From NCBI GenBank assembly GCA_001818365.1, contig MHKK01000015.1, positions 1 to 50,773 of the forward strand: DNA of 50,773 nt, in the 5' to 3' direction. Source of the stretch: Candidatus Komeilibacteria bacterium RIFCSPHIGHO2_01_FULL_52_14. GTDB lineage: Bacteria > Patescibacteriota > Patescibacteriia > UBA1558 > 2-01-FULL-52-15. The position numbers and the translations under genes were made by a program. The first letter of the stretch is position 1. Every line of letters begins with the position of its first letter. Under the pieces are notes generated by a model. The model was not told the DNA's origin and did not search any database. It was given only the letters and a program-made list of their open reading frames with translations. Shown here in pieces: positions 7,450 to 16,327 of this stretch.

Positions 7450-8709
7450 ATGAAAATCAGTAACCACAGTTTGCATAAATTGCGTGAACTGCCCGAGCTG
7501 CAACTCGACCGGCAGCAATTAAAATTGGAAAAACATCGTCTGCTTGCGGAAATCAATCGCCGGCAGGAGATACGCGCGGCGACACATTTGTCAGTCGGAG
7601 ACGCTCTTCGCCTGGCTTCGTTTCGATTCATTCGACGGGTCATTCCTCGCCGCCAATTTATTATGGCGACGATGCTGATTATTCTGCTGACCGTTTCTAC
7701 GAACGTCATGGCGCGGGCAGCGGTTCCTGGAGATATTTTGTGGACCGTTAAGCTGACCTTTGAAAAAGCCGAAGTCGCTTTTGCGACAGATTCCGCGCAG
7801 GAGAGTCGCATCCACATGCGTCACGTGGATAATCGTTTGCGCGAATTGAACGTCATTGCATCACGACCGACGACAAACACGTCACGCACAAAAAATATTT
7901 CGGAGCTTGTCCTGCGACTGGAGCGCGATATTACCGCCGCAAGCCAGAGCTTGAAGATCACGACGGATGAAAAAAAGATCGACGAGCAAGGCGTTGTTAT
8001 TGCACTGGCAAAGGATTTGAACGATAAGGCGACCGAGGCGGTCCAGGCGCTCGAGAAGAACAAGAAGACCCTTTCCGATGAAGCTGGTACGACCCTGACC
8101 GTCGATGCCGTATCGGGGCTTTCGTTCAACACCAGTACCGCTCCCGAATTGACGACGGATCAGATTGCTTCTTCAAGCACGACGCCCGATACTCCGGCGC
8201 CGCAACCGGTGCCGGTCGAGGTCGACCTCACGTCGGTCATTACGGCGGTACAGATCGTGAACGAATATATCTCGTACGATGCGATCGACTCGCTGATCGA
8301 TCTCGTCGAACATCATAACGCGCCGAACCGCGCGGAAGTCAAAACATTCTTGCAGATTCGCATCGACGAGCAAACGAAGCGACTGACGTCACTGGATGAA
8401 GCCGTAACCCTTGTCAACGACGACTTTATTCTGCATCGGAACGAATCGCGTGATCTTGGCACGCAGGCGCGAGAACTATTGACGGCCTCATCGGACCTGC
8501 TGGTCCTTGATAACCTGAGCGGGTCATTGCGGAAACTCAACGACGCCAAGGGAGACATCTCCCAAATGGCTGATATTCTGCATGAAGCTGCGTCTGCCGG
8601 TGGCATCAATAAGAAGATCGAGCTGGTGACTCCGGTACCTGCCGTACCGAGAGGATCGTCGGTTATCATTCAGAGCGTTCCTGACGTGGCAACCACAACC
8701 GCGGAATAA
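7450..8709 (+). CDS. Anti-sigma-like single-pass membrane protein (DUF5667-like extracytoplasmic coiled-coil domain)
   Basis: The start lies 3 nt after the sigma gene stop. It has a short cytoplasmic N-terminus and one TM helix (FIMATMLIILLTVSTNVMA). These are followed by GDILWTVKLTFEKAEVAF...HMRHVDNRLRELN, a T/S/P linker and a helical C-terminal domain. This architecture resembles the partners of ECF sigma factors seen in CPR genomes, as far as I recall. Confidence 0.55.
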   Translation: MKISNHSLHKLRELPELQLDRQQLKLEKHRLLAEINRRQEIRAATHLSVGDALRLASFRFIRRVIPRRQFIMATMLIILLTVSTNVMARAAVPGDILWTVKLTFEKAEVAFATDSAQESRIHMRHVDNRLRELNVIASRPTTNTSRTKNISELVLRLERDITAASQSLKITTDEKKIDEQGVVIALAKDLNDKATEAVQALEKNKKTLSDEAGTTLTVDAVSGLSFNTSTAPELTTDQIASSSTTPDTPAPQPVPVEVDLTSVITAVQIVNEYISYDAIDSLIDLVEHHNAPNRAEVKTFLQIRIDEQTKRLTSLDEAVTLVNDDFILHRNESRDLGTQARELLTASSDLLVLDNLSGSLRKLNDAKGDISQMADILHEAASAGGINKKIELVTPVPAVPRGSSVIIQSVPDVATTTAE

Positions 8710-9145
8710 ATCTGGAAATCGGCCGGAGGAGTTCTTTGTTACTATCACGATTCATGGTTACGGGTGAGAGGGCTTGAGCATTCGAGCTTTCTCACCCTTG
8801 ACCAGCCGTCTCGGTAACACGAGGCAGCATGGGTACGCATATGCGCGCGTAAAAGAGGGAACGTTTACTTACCTTCCTGGACGGAATAACTGTCCAGCGG
8901 AGGACTAAGCACCGTTCGTTGTCAATAAGCCCTTCGAAGCATCGGGTTTTCAATCCATTCGCTTGCGTACTGCGCCGTACGGCGCATGTGCCAGCAAGGT
9001 CGAGCCAAGCTCAGCTTGGCGGCCGCAAGTCGGATGACTCCGGGTTTTCGCCCGGCCACCTCGTCGCCCAGCGGGCAACCTGTGTGGAGGTTACTACCGC
9101 GGTGGAAGCGCTTGAGACAATCGAACGATAATAACTCAATAACGA
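8710..9145 (+). promoter_or_regulatory. Long structured non-coding leader upstream of the giant surface-protein gene
   Basis: This is 435 nt with no credible ORF. At least six hairpins were read by eye. These are 8762-8797 (GGGTGAGA with TCTCACCC), 8877-8897 (CTGGAC with GTCCAG) and 9004-9020 (GCCAAGC with GCTTGGC). The others are 9040-9055 (CCGGG with CCCGG) and 9066-9076 (GCCC with GGGC). There is also a perfect palindrome at 8971-8986. Confidence 0.35.
8971..8986. repeat. Perfect 16-bp palindrome TGCGCCGTACGGCGCA
   Basis: The sequence is exactly self-complementary. It is either a hairpin or a dimeric-regulator operator, and lies 160 nt upstream of the ATG at 9146. Confidence 0.9.
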
Positions 9146-12100
9146 ATGAACGTCTTAAAGAAAGTATCCATGAGCTCGTTGATGTTCACGACAGTGTTTA
9201 CGCTGAGCTTTGGATCTTTTGTCCCGACGGCGGCTGCTCTTGTAGCTGGCGATCTGGTCAAAGGACCAAACAGCGACGCTGTCTACTACATTGACGGCAC
9301 AATGAAGCATGTCTTCCCAGATTCGAAGACCTACTTCACGTGGTACGCCAGCTTTGGCGCGATCAAGACGGTTTCCGTGTCGGAACTCGATATGTTCCCG
9401 ACCGGGACACCCGTCGCGTATCGGCCAGGTACCAAGCTGGTAACGCACCCGAATACCGCTCGAGTGTACGCCGTTGAGCCGAGTGGCAACCTGCGATGGG
9501 TTCCGAGTGAAGCCGTCGCATTAGCCCTCTACGGTTCAGATTGGGCGAAGATGGTCAATGACGTCCACGAACTGACCTTCGGTAACTACACCGTTGGCTC
9601 AGATCTGACGACGACCTACCACGCGAAAGGTACGCTCGTGCAGAAGACCGGTGACACGACCATCTACTATGTGGATGGTACGACGATCCGGCCCTTTGCT
9701 TCGAGCTCTGCGTTCGACACGAACAACCTCAACTATGATTTCATAGTGAAGGTTTCGAGCTTATCGCAGTACACCACAGGAAGCTCCGTCACGGGTGTTG
9801 AGAGCTTCGCAACTATTTCCGGTTCAGGTACAAGCACGGTTACGGGCCCAGCCGGCTCTTTGACCGTATCTCTGTCACCGAGCACGCCAGCAGCGAACCA
9901 GGTTCTTATCGGTGCCGCCGCAAGCGTCCCGATGGTGACCCTTCGTTTGCAGACTGGCGGCACTGCGGTGATCGTTGACTCAGTCACGATCCAGCGCGGT
10001 GGCTTGGCCTCTGATGCCGCGTTCACGGACTTCGACTTGCTGCGCGCCGACACGTGGTTGACGCTCAACAATTCGAGCAAGACCCTGAACTCCACGCATA
10101 ATGCAACCTTCAACGATGACTTTACGGTTCCGGCGAATTCAACCTGGGACGTGATTGTTGCGGCCAACATGGCTGCATCTCTCGCGACCTATGCAGGTGA
10201 ATATCCGACGGTGAACGTAACTGCGATCACGCTGAAGAACAACTCCACCTTATCGGGAACGTTGCCGATCAACGGTAACGTGATGTTGACCAACGGTACC
10301 ATCACGGCCGGTACGGCGCGTGTTGCCATTGGCGCTAACAATCCTTCTGCTGCGACCAAGGAAGTCGGCACCAAGGATTACATCGTGAGCTCGCTTAAGG
10401 TGAACAACAACAGTTCCGAGACCGCGGAGACACTTGTTCTTAAGTCCATGACCTTTACGCAGAATGGTTCTGCGGCACCGTCGGATTTGGAGAACGTCCG
10501 TCTACGCAACACCAACACCGGAACAATCCTAGGCACGATTGCTGCACCGGCCGACAAGAAATTGAACTTCCAAAACCTCAATGTTGAGATTTTGAAAGGC
10601 AATACCATTAACCTCGACCTATTGGTCGACATTAGGGGCGGTTCGGCTCGTACGATCAGCTTGGATGTTGATCAGAAGTCACATATCGTCGTGTGGGACA
10701 ACCTCCGCGGCGTATATGTACTGCCGTCATACTTCAGTGATGCCTCGTACGCCACTGGCGACGCCACGTCACCGTATTATGATCCGGCAGACACGACCGT
10801 CGGTAATGGTAAGCTCCGGATCGAATCAGTAGCCGTCACCCCAACGAACGTCGCCGAGAATAAGACAGGCGTCTTGCTCGGTAAGTTCAAGTTCGTTGCA
10901 GACGGTGAAGCGATGAACGTCACTGCGCTTGGTTTGGTTATTTCCACGACCACGGCAAACAGCAGGGTTGTCAACAACCTGACCAATCTTGTGGTTAAGG
11001 ATCCGGCAGGCAACACCGTTGCCGGTCCAAAGGATCCGACAGCCAACACCAACTATGTGACTGCAACTGCGACGACAACCGATACTATGACGGTTCCGTC
11101 CGGCGAGACCATCTACTCGATCTACGGCGACCTTGACTCCGACTGGACAGCGAGCGATACTCTCCAGGTCGGTATTTATCCTAGCGCTATGACCGTAAAG
11201 GGCGATGTAACGGGTAACACCATTACGCCGACCCCGTCTGGTCAGATCCAGTCGACTCGCATCACCATTAAGTCCGCTGACATCAATGTTTCTGTCGCGC
11301 CGGCTCCGGCTGCGCAGACCGTTGTTGCCGGCGCTCAGAACTTCGAAATCTCGAACCTCGTCCTCGACGCGGCTGATTCCGGCTCTGATGTCCGTGTAAC
11401 CTCGCTGGCTCTTGCAATCAAATCGACCGGCGCGGCTTTCCCGGATGTTGTGAGCGGCGTACAGCTCTTCGTCGGTGCGACCGAGATTCCGATCTCAAGC
11501 CGTTCGACGGCGTGCGCGGGCGCAACCTGCAGCACGGCCGCAACGAACGCAACAACAACCTTATCGATTGCCACGGGCAATCTTACGGTGCCTTCGACCC
11601 AGTCGAAGACCGTGAAAGTCGTGGTTGACATGGGAACAGGCGCTACAAGCGGAACCGTTGCTGTGGGTGTTCAAATGAACTCTGCCGTAACGGCAATCGA
11701 CTCCGAGTCCCAGTCGTTCACCGCGGACATTACCCCCGGTAACGGATCGGCGATGACGCTGGCAGCCGGTGGTACGCTTGACCTCACCCTGTCGCAGGAT
11801 CCGAAAGCTGCACTCGCCGTTGGCGGTACAACCGTCAATGTCGGTCAGTTCTCGCTCCAGGCGCGGTATGAGGGTATGCAACTGAATGCCTTCGGCTTCT
11901 CGCTCGGCAACCCAGACGGCGGTTATGACCAGGGCAGCGACTTTAACCAGGTTGAGACCTTAGAGTTGTGGGAGAGCGGCGGTTCGTCCGCACTAGGCAC
12001 CATTTCTGTCAGCGGTGCCGCAGCGACCGTTACCCCGTCATCCGTTGCAACGCTTAGCATCAACCAGTTGAAGAGCTACATCGTCAAAGCCAAGTTTAGG

Positions 12101-12910
12101 GATGTAACCGTTCCAAGCTCTATCGCTCAATCAAATGCCGGTATGCGCGTTACGCTTCGGTGGATTGACGCCGATGGAACCTCTGCCGGTTCTTCGACCT
12201 TGGCTGAGCCGACCTACAGCACGGCCTTCAACTCGTTCAGCTCATACAAGAGCATTCCGACCGTTGCGCTGGGCAGTATTACAACTGACCAGGTAACCGG
12301 CTCCGGCTCTGAAGTTGACTTGTTCAAGTTCAGTGTCACGGCGAACAGCATGGGTCCGGTTGGTCTTGCTAAGCTCTCATTCAGCGTTTCGACTTCATCG
12401 GGCGTCCGAATGAGCCTTACGGGATACTCACTGTACATGGGCCCGGCCTCCAACGACACGAGCTCGCAGATAGCTGATTCGGGCGATGTACTTGTGCAAC
12501 AGGGTGGTGATAACCTTGCTGGCATCCATCAAGTGGCTGTTAAGTTCGACTACAACCATAACAGCGGTTCAACTCAAACGGATCTAGGTTCCGGAGAGTT
12601 GATCGAAATTTCAGGTGGTACAACCAAGTACTTCACCCTGAAAGGTACTGTCTCAGCGTTGAGCTCGACCGCGAACGATGACTCCATTATCACCCGCATG
12701 GGTGGTGATGCAGGATTCGCATCGACGGCTCTCGTCAACGTGGGTGGTATCGACGGGGCTGTCGAACATGACGACTTCATCTGGTCAGATCTGAACTTCG
12801 TGTCAGGGTATAACTCATCAACCGCTACGTACACCGTTGGTTGGTTCAATGGTTACCGCGTAACCGGTCTTGATGATAACACCACGACACCGATGACTCA
12901 GACCGACTAA
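9146..12910 (+). CDS. Giant secreted cell-surface repeat protein (S-layer/adhesin-like), 1254 aa
   Basis: A signal peptide is present (MNVLKKVSMSSLMFTTVFTLSFGSFVPTAAA). The N-terminus has three repeats: DAVYYIDGTMKHVFP, ARVYAVEPSGNLRWVP and TTIYYVDGTTIRPFA. About six beta-sandwich-like modules of roughly 150 aa follow, rich in T/S/A/G/V/N. There are many N-x-S/T sequons (for example NNSSKTLNSTHNATFNDDFTVPANSTWD). A strong terminator follows the gene. Confidence 0.8.
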   Translation: MNVLKKVSMSSLMFTTVFTLSFGSFVPTAAALVAGDLVKGPNSDAVYYIDGTMKHVFPDSKTYFTWYASFGAIKTVSVSELDMFPTGTPVAYRPGTKLVTHPNTARVYAVEPSGNLRWVPSEAVALALYGSDWAKMVNDVHELTFGNYTVGSDLTTTYHAKGTLVQKTGDTTIYYVDGTTIRPFASSSAFDTNNLNYDFIVKVSSLSQYTTGSSVTGVESFATISGSGTSTVTGPAGSLTVSLSPSTPAANQVLIGAAASVPMVTLRLQTGGTAVIVDSVTIQRGGLASDAAFTDFDLLRADTWLTLNNSSKTLNSTHNATFNDDFTVPANSTWDVIVAANMAASLATYAGEYPTVNVTAITLKNNSTLSGTLPINGNVMLTNGTITAGTARVAIGANNPSAATKEVGTKDYIVSSLKVNNNSSETAETLVLKSMTFTQNGSAAPSDLENVRLRNTNTGTILGTIAAPADKKLNFQNLNVEILKGNTINLDLLVDIRGGSARTISLDVDQKSHIVVWDNLRGVYVLPSYFSDASYATGDATSPYYDPADTTVGNGKLRIESVAVTPTNVAENKTGVLLGKFKFVADGEAMNVTALGLVISTTTANSRVVNNLTNLVVKDPAGNTVAGPKDPTANTNYVTATATTTDTMTVPSGETIYSIYGDLDSDWTASDTLQVGIYPSAMTVKGDVTGNTITPTPSGQIQSTRITIKSADINVSVAPAPAAQTVVAGAQNFEISNLVLDAADSGSDVRVTSLALAIKSTGAAFPDVVSGVQLFVGATEIPISSRSTACAGATCSTAATNATTTLSIATGNLTVPSTQSKTVKVVVDMGTGATSGTVAVGVQMNSAVTAIDSESQSFTADITPGNGSAMTLAAGGTLDLTLSQDPKAALAVGGTTVNVGQFSLQARYEGMQLNAFGFSLGNPDGGYDQGSDFNQVETLELWESGGSSALGTISVSGAAATVTPSSVATLSINQLKSYIVKAKFRDVTVPSSIAQSNAGMRVTLRWIDADGTSAGSSTLAEPTYSTAFNSFSSYKSIPTVALGSITTDQVTGSGSEVDLFKFSVTANSMGPVGLAKLSFSVSTSSGVRMSLTGYSLYMGPASNDTSSQIADSGDVLVQQGGDNLAGIHQVAVKFDYNHNSGSTQTDLGSGELIEISGGTTKYFTLKGTVSALSSTANDDSIITRMGGDAGFASTALVNVGGIDGAVEHDDFIWSDLNFVSGYNSSTATYTVGWFNGYRVTGLDDNTTTPMTQTD

Positions 12911-12927
12911 GAGAAGCGCTCTCTATA

Positions 12928-12973
12928 ACTATTTCCCTCCCTTGGTTTCGGCCCGGGGAGGGAGTAGTTTTTT
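12928..12973 (+). terminator. Rho-independent terminator of the giant gene
   Basis: CCCTCCC (12935-12941) pairs with GGGAGGG (12956-12962), with extra flanking pairs. It is followed by TTTTTT (12968-12973). Confidence 0.75.
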
Positions 12974-12999
12974 AGAAGGAATTGAAAGCCCGAACGTAG

Positions 13000-13047
13000 C
13001 CACCGGGAGGGTGGTTCCGCCAGAGGCGGACAGGCGCCCTATGGGCG
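13000..13047 (+). repeat. Three consecutive 5-bp GC mini-hairpins
   Basis: The three hairpins are CCACC-GGGAG-GGTGG (13000-13014), CCGCC-AGA-GGCGG (13017-13029) and CGCCC-TAT-GGGCG (13035-13047). Confidence 0.5.
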
Positions 13048-13091
13048 AAATATAGACAGTAGGGTGATTTTCCTGTACAGTTTTCACCATC

Positions 13092-13847
13092 ATGAAAATA
13101 AACCGGACCGCAAAATACGCAGTAATCATCGTTGTTGTTATCGGCGCAATCGGCTTGGGCCGTAGTATTATGCAGCCGAAACAGCAGCCCGGCGGCAACC
13201 GGATCGTACGTGAGCAGCTTATTGCCGATATACGCGCGTTCGAAATAAAGCGCACCGATCTGACACAGGACGAGCAGGAAAAAAAACGGAAAGAATTCGA
13301 CGACGCGCTGAAAGCATTCGATGAGGGGTTTCTTTTTGTGAAGCAGCAGGGCGAAGGCGGGCTTGCGGCTATTTATTGGCCGCTTGTCAGTTTAGGGTCG
13401 ATCCATCGTGACGTCGGAGATTATGAAAAGGCGGAGGAAACGTTCAAGTATCTTGCGGAGATTGATCCGAATGCTTTTCTTCCGTATGGATTGCTCGGCG
13501 ATTTGTACAGCCAGCTCAAGCAGTATGATAAGGCGCTCGAAAACTATGGTAAGGCAGTTGCCATTTCTGACGTGGATGAAGCGTTTCTTGATACGTACTA
13601 TGGAAATATGTACGGCATCTATATTTCGGAGAAAAAAGACCCCGCGGCCGCAGAGCAGATGCTGATCGATGGCATCAAGCTCCATCCGGCAGACACGAAC
13701 CTGGTTGCTCAACTGGCACTGCACTACCGGATGAGCGGGGATATCGATAAGGCGATATCGCGTTACAAAGAGCTTCTGGCAAAAAAACCGGACAGTATAG
13801 TCGCCAAACAGGCGCTCGATCAGCTTGAACCAGACATTGTGCACTAA
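13092..13847 (+). CDS. Membrane-anchored tetratricopeptide-repeat protein
   Basis: There is an N-terminal TM helix (AKYAVIIVVVIGAIGLG). TPR-like units follow (GDYEKAEETFKYLAEIDPN, YDKALENYGKAVAI, GDIDKAISRYKELLAKKPD). Confidence 0.75.
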   Translation: MKINRTAKYAVIIVVVIGAIGLGRSIMQPKQQPGGNRIVREQLIADIRAFEIKRTDLTQDEQEKKRKEFDDALKAFDEGFLFVKQQGEGGLAAIYWPLVSLGSIHRDVGDYEKAEETFKYLAEIDPNAFLPYGLLGDLYSQLKQYDKALENYGKAVAISDVDEAFLDTYYGNMYGIYISEKKDPAAAEQMLIDGIKLHPADTNLVAQLALHYRMSGDIDKAISRYKELLAKKPDSIVAKQALDQLEPDIVH

Positions 13848-13849
13848 GC

Positions 13850-16327
13850 ATGAAGATCTTCTACTCGATTCCCGAAAAATTCCTGCGAACCTGTGCGTAT
13901 GCGATTACGACGGTGATTTTGGCGACGCCGCTCTTTACCTTCGCGAATTTTTATTTTCCTTTCATTACACCCCGCAATTTCATATTTCGAATCGCCGTTG
14001 AGATATTGCTCGTGGTCTATGCGTTACTCGTCATTCAAAATCGCCGCTATGCTCCTACAAAGAATCTTGCGATCATCTTTTTGGCCGCGTTTGTCGGCGC
14101 ATTGACGCTTGCAAGTATCCAGGGCGTCAATCCGATGTTCAGTTTCTGGAGCGGATTCGAGCGGATGGACGGGCTTATTACCTTCTACCATTTGTTGGTT
14201 TTTTTGGTGGTCCTCGTTTCCATTTTCCGGACCGAGGAGCAATGGCACCCTTTGCTCGGCAATTCCCTGGTGATTGCGTTCCTTATTGCCATGGTCGGGT
14301 TGAGCCAGTTCCGCCAGGTGAACATACTGCTTGCGTCCTCGGGCGGCGAGCGAATTTCAGCGACGCTCGGTAACGCGACGTATCTGGCCGCATATCTTTT
14401 GCTGAACGTTTTCTTCGCGCTCTATTTTCTGCAGAAACCGGCAGGTTCTTACAGTGTTCGTATTTTTCGAAACGGAATTATCGCCCTCGACGTTCTGCTT
14501 GTCGTGCTGCAGGGGTATGCGCTGATCCGCGACAACTATGGAATCTTGAATCAGGTATTTTCGGACGGCTGGCTTGCGACCGTGTTCGTCGTCGCGCACG
14601 TTCTTGTCTATGGCAGTTATTTTTACCGTTCTGCAACGAAGGCGCATTACGTGATCAGGGCGTTTATCGCATTTCTCATTGTCTTCTTCCTTTTTATGAT
14701 GTCGATCACGCAGACCCGCGGCGCCATCTTGGGATTGGGAGCTGGTCTCGTTGTCGCCTATGTATTGATACTTCTTCAAAAAACCCCCAGGATGCTCAAA
14801 ATGGGCTCGTCGGGTGTTGTTATTGCGCTTGCGCTTTGCGTGGGGCTTATCTTCGCCAATAAAGACACGACGTTCGTTCAGACCGTGCCGATATTTAATA
14901 AGATAGCGAGCATATCGATTTCGGACTCAACGACGATTACCCGTCTCGCTACCTGGAAGGCCGCGTTTCGTTCGGCAACCGAAAGCCCGCGTCGGCTTAT
15001 GTTCGGCTGGGGAGTTGATAATTTCAACGTCGCATTCAACAAATATTTCCCCACGGTCATCTACACCGATGAGGGAACGCCCTTGTGGTTCGACCGGCCG
15101 CATAATCTTTTAATCCAGTATCTGGTAGAAGGCGGCATTCTCGGTGTCGGTCTCTATTGTGCTTTTCTGGTCATGTTGCTCGTGCAAATGCTCAGCCGTC
15201 GCGACGTACGGTATACGGGTATCATTTTTACCGCAGGCATCGTGGCGTACGTGGTTCAGAATTTATTCGTATTCGACAGCATCAACAGCTATATACCTTT
15301 TTACGTACTGATCGGGTGCGTTGTCACGATTATCAATCGCGGTAAGCAAGGCGAACAGGAAGTGTCGGGCGCGCTGTCGACGTCGGCTGGAATGCTGACG
15401 ATTTCCGCTGCCGTCGTGGTTTCGGTCGCTTCAATCGTCCTGTTGAACATGCCCGCTTTGCAGTCAAATCGCACTTTTGTCCTTGATTACAAAAAACTCA
15501 ATGCGGAGCTGGAACGGAAGTCCTACGATCGATCAACTGCGGTTACTCTGATGGATGATATCGGGCACGGGCCGTTCCTTGGTCGCAACGAGCTCCTAGG
15601 GGCGACGTCCGAATACCTGGTCACCCTCATTCAGAGTTCTCAATTGCCCGCCTCCGAGGCAACGGACTTTGTTACTCAGCTTGTTGCAAAGTTTGATGCC
15701 GCCCGTACCGTTACGACGAATGACGCACGGCTCAATTTATTCGAGATGAATTTGCTCCTGAACGCCGGCTCTTTTGATAAAACATTTTTTGACCGGGCGG
15801 CTGCAATCGGTTTGGAGACGTTACCGTTGAGCCCCGACCGGCCGCATCTTTACTACATCATCGGGCGCGCGTATATGGCCAAAGGCGAATTCGGTAAGGG
15901 TATCCCGTATTTCAAGGAAGCCGTTGCGCTGGCGCCGAACGTATTTGATTCACATTGGAACCTGTTTGCCGCGTATGCGACCGTCGGCGACGACTCGGGA
16001 GCGAGGAGCGAGTATCAGGAATTGCGCAGGATCCAAACGTTCGACAACCGAACGTACAGTCGCGTTGTCTCGGTTCTTGCGGCCGGCTATCAGTACGATT
16101 TTGCTCTCGAGGTCCTGAACCAAGCCATAGCCGAGCATCCGGACTCGACGTTGCTGTATATCGGCCTGGCGCAGATCTACGCGCAGGCCGGGAGAAACAG
16201 CGAGGCGCGCACCGCAACGCTCAAGGCCGTGGAACTCGATCCGACGCTGAAGAGCGAGGCGGATGATTTTCTGACAAAGCTTGATGCGGGCACATTCAAG
16301 CGCTTGCCGCCGGTTTCCCAGCCGTAA
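13850..16327 (+). CDS. Wzy_C (O-antigen ligase/O-oligosaccharyltransferase family) polytopic membrane protein fused to C-terminal TPR repeats
   Basis: This 825-aa protein has about 11 or more TM segments. Its signature loop is MSITQTRGAILGLGAGLVVAY, followed later by RPHNLLIQYLVEGGILGVGLY. The C-terminal roughly 300 aa contain TPR units (GRAYMAKGEFGKGIPYFKEAVALAPN, GLAQIYAQAGRNSEARTATLKAVELDP). Confidence 0.8.
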   Translation: MKIFYSIPEKFLRTCAYAITTVILATPLFTFANFYFPFITPRNFIFRIAVEILLVVYALLVIQNRRYAPTKNLAIIFLAAFVGALTLASIQGVNPMFSFWSGFERMDGLITFYHLLVFLVVLVSIFRTEEQWHPLLGNSLVIAFLIAMVGLSQFRQVNILLASSGGERISATLGNATYLAAYLLLNVFFALYFLQKPAGSYSVRIFRNGIIALDVLLVVLQGYALIRDNYGILNQVFSDGWLATVFVVAHVLVYGSYFYRSATKAHYVIRAFIAFLIVFFLFMMSITQTRGAILGLGAGLVVAYVLILLQKTPRMLKMGSSGVVIALALCVGLIFANKDTTFVQTVPIFNKIASISISDSTTITRLATWKAAFRSATESPRRLMFGWGVDNFNVAFNKYFPTVIYTDEGTPLWFDRPHNLLIQYLVEGGILGVGLYCAFLVMLLVQMLSRRDVRYTGIIFTAGIVAYVVQNLFVFDSINSYIPFYVLIGCVVTIINRGKQGEQEVSGALSTSAGMLTISAAVVVSVASIVLLNMPALQSNRTFVLDYKKLNAELERKSYDRSTAVTLMDDIGHGPFLGRNELLGATSEYLVTLIQSSQLPASEATDFVTQLVAKFDAARTVTTNDARLNLFEMNLLLNAGSFDKTFFDRAAAIGLETLPLSPDRPHLYYIIGRAYMAKGEFGKGIPYFKEAVALAPNVFDSHWNLFAAYATVGDDSGARSEYQELRRIQTFDNRTYSRVVSVLAAGYQYDFALEVLNQAIAEHPDSTLLYIGLAQIYAQAGRNSEARTATLKAVELDPTLKSEADDFLTKLDAGTFKRLPPVSQP

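Noticed and set aside
8858-8885. An ECF-type promoter candidate, GGAAC (8858-8862), in the leader
   Set aside because: No CGTC/GTC-type -10 element lies at a 16-17-nt spacing (the sequence there is GGACGG). The match is too weak to call.
8919-9294. Small ORFs 8919..9131 and 8986..9294 in the leader of the giant gene
   Set aside because: They have no Shine-Dalgarno sequence, their composition is biased (R/S/A/P), and the second runs out of frame into the well-supported 9146 CDS. I treated the region as non-coding structured RNA.
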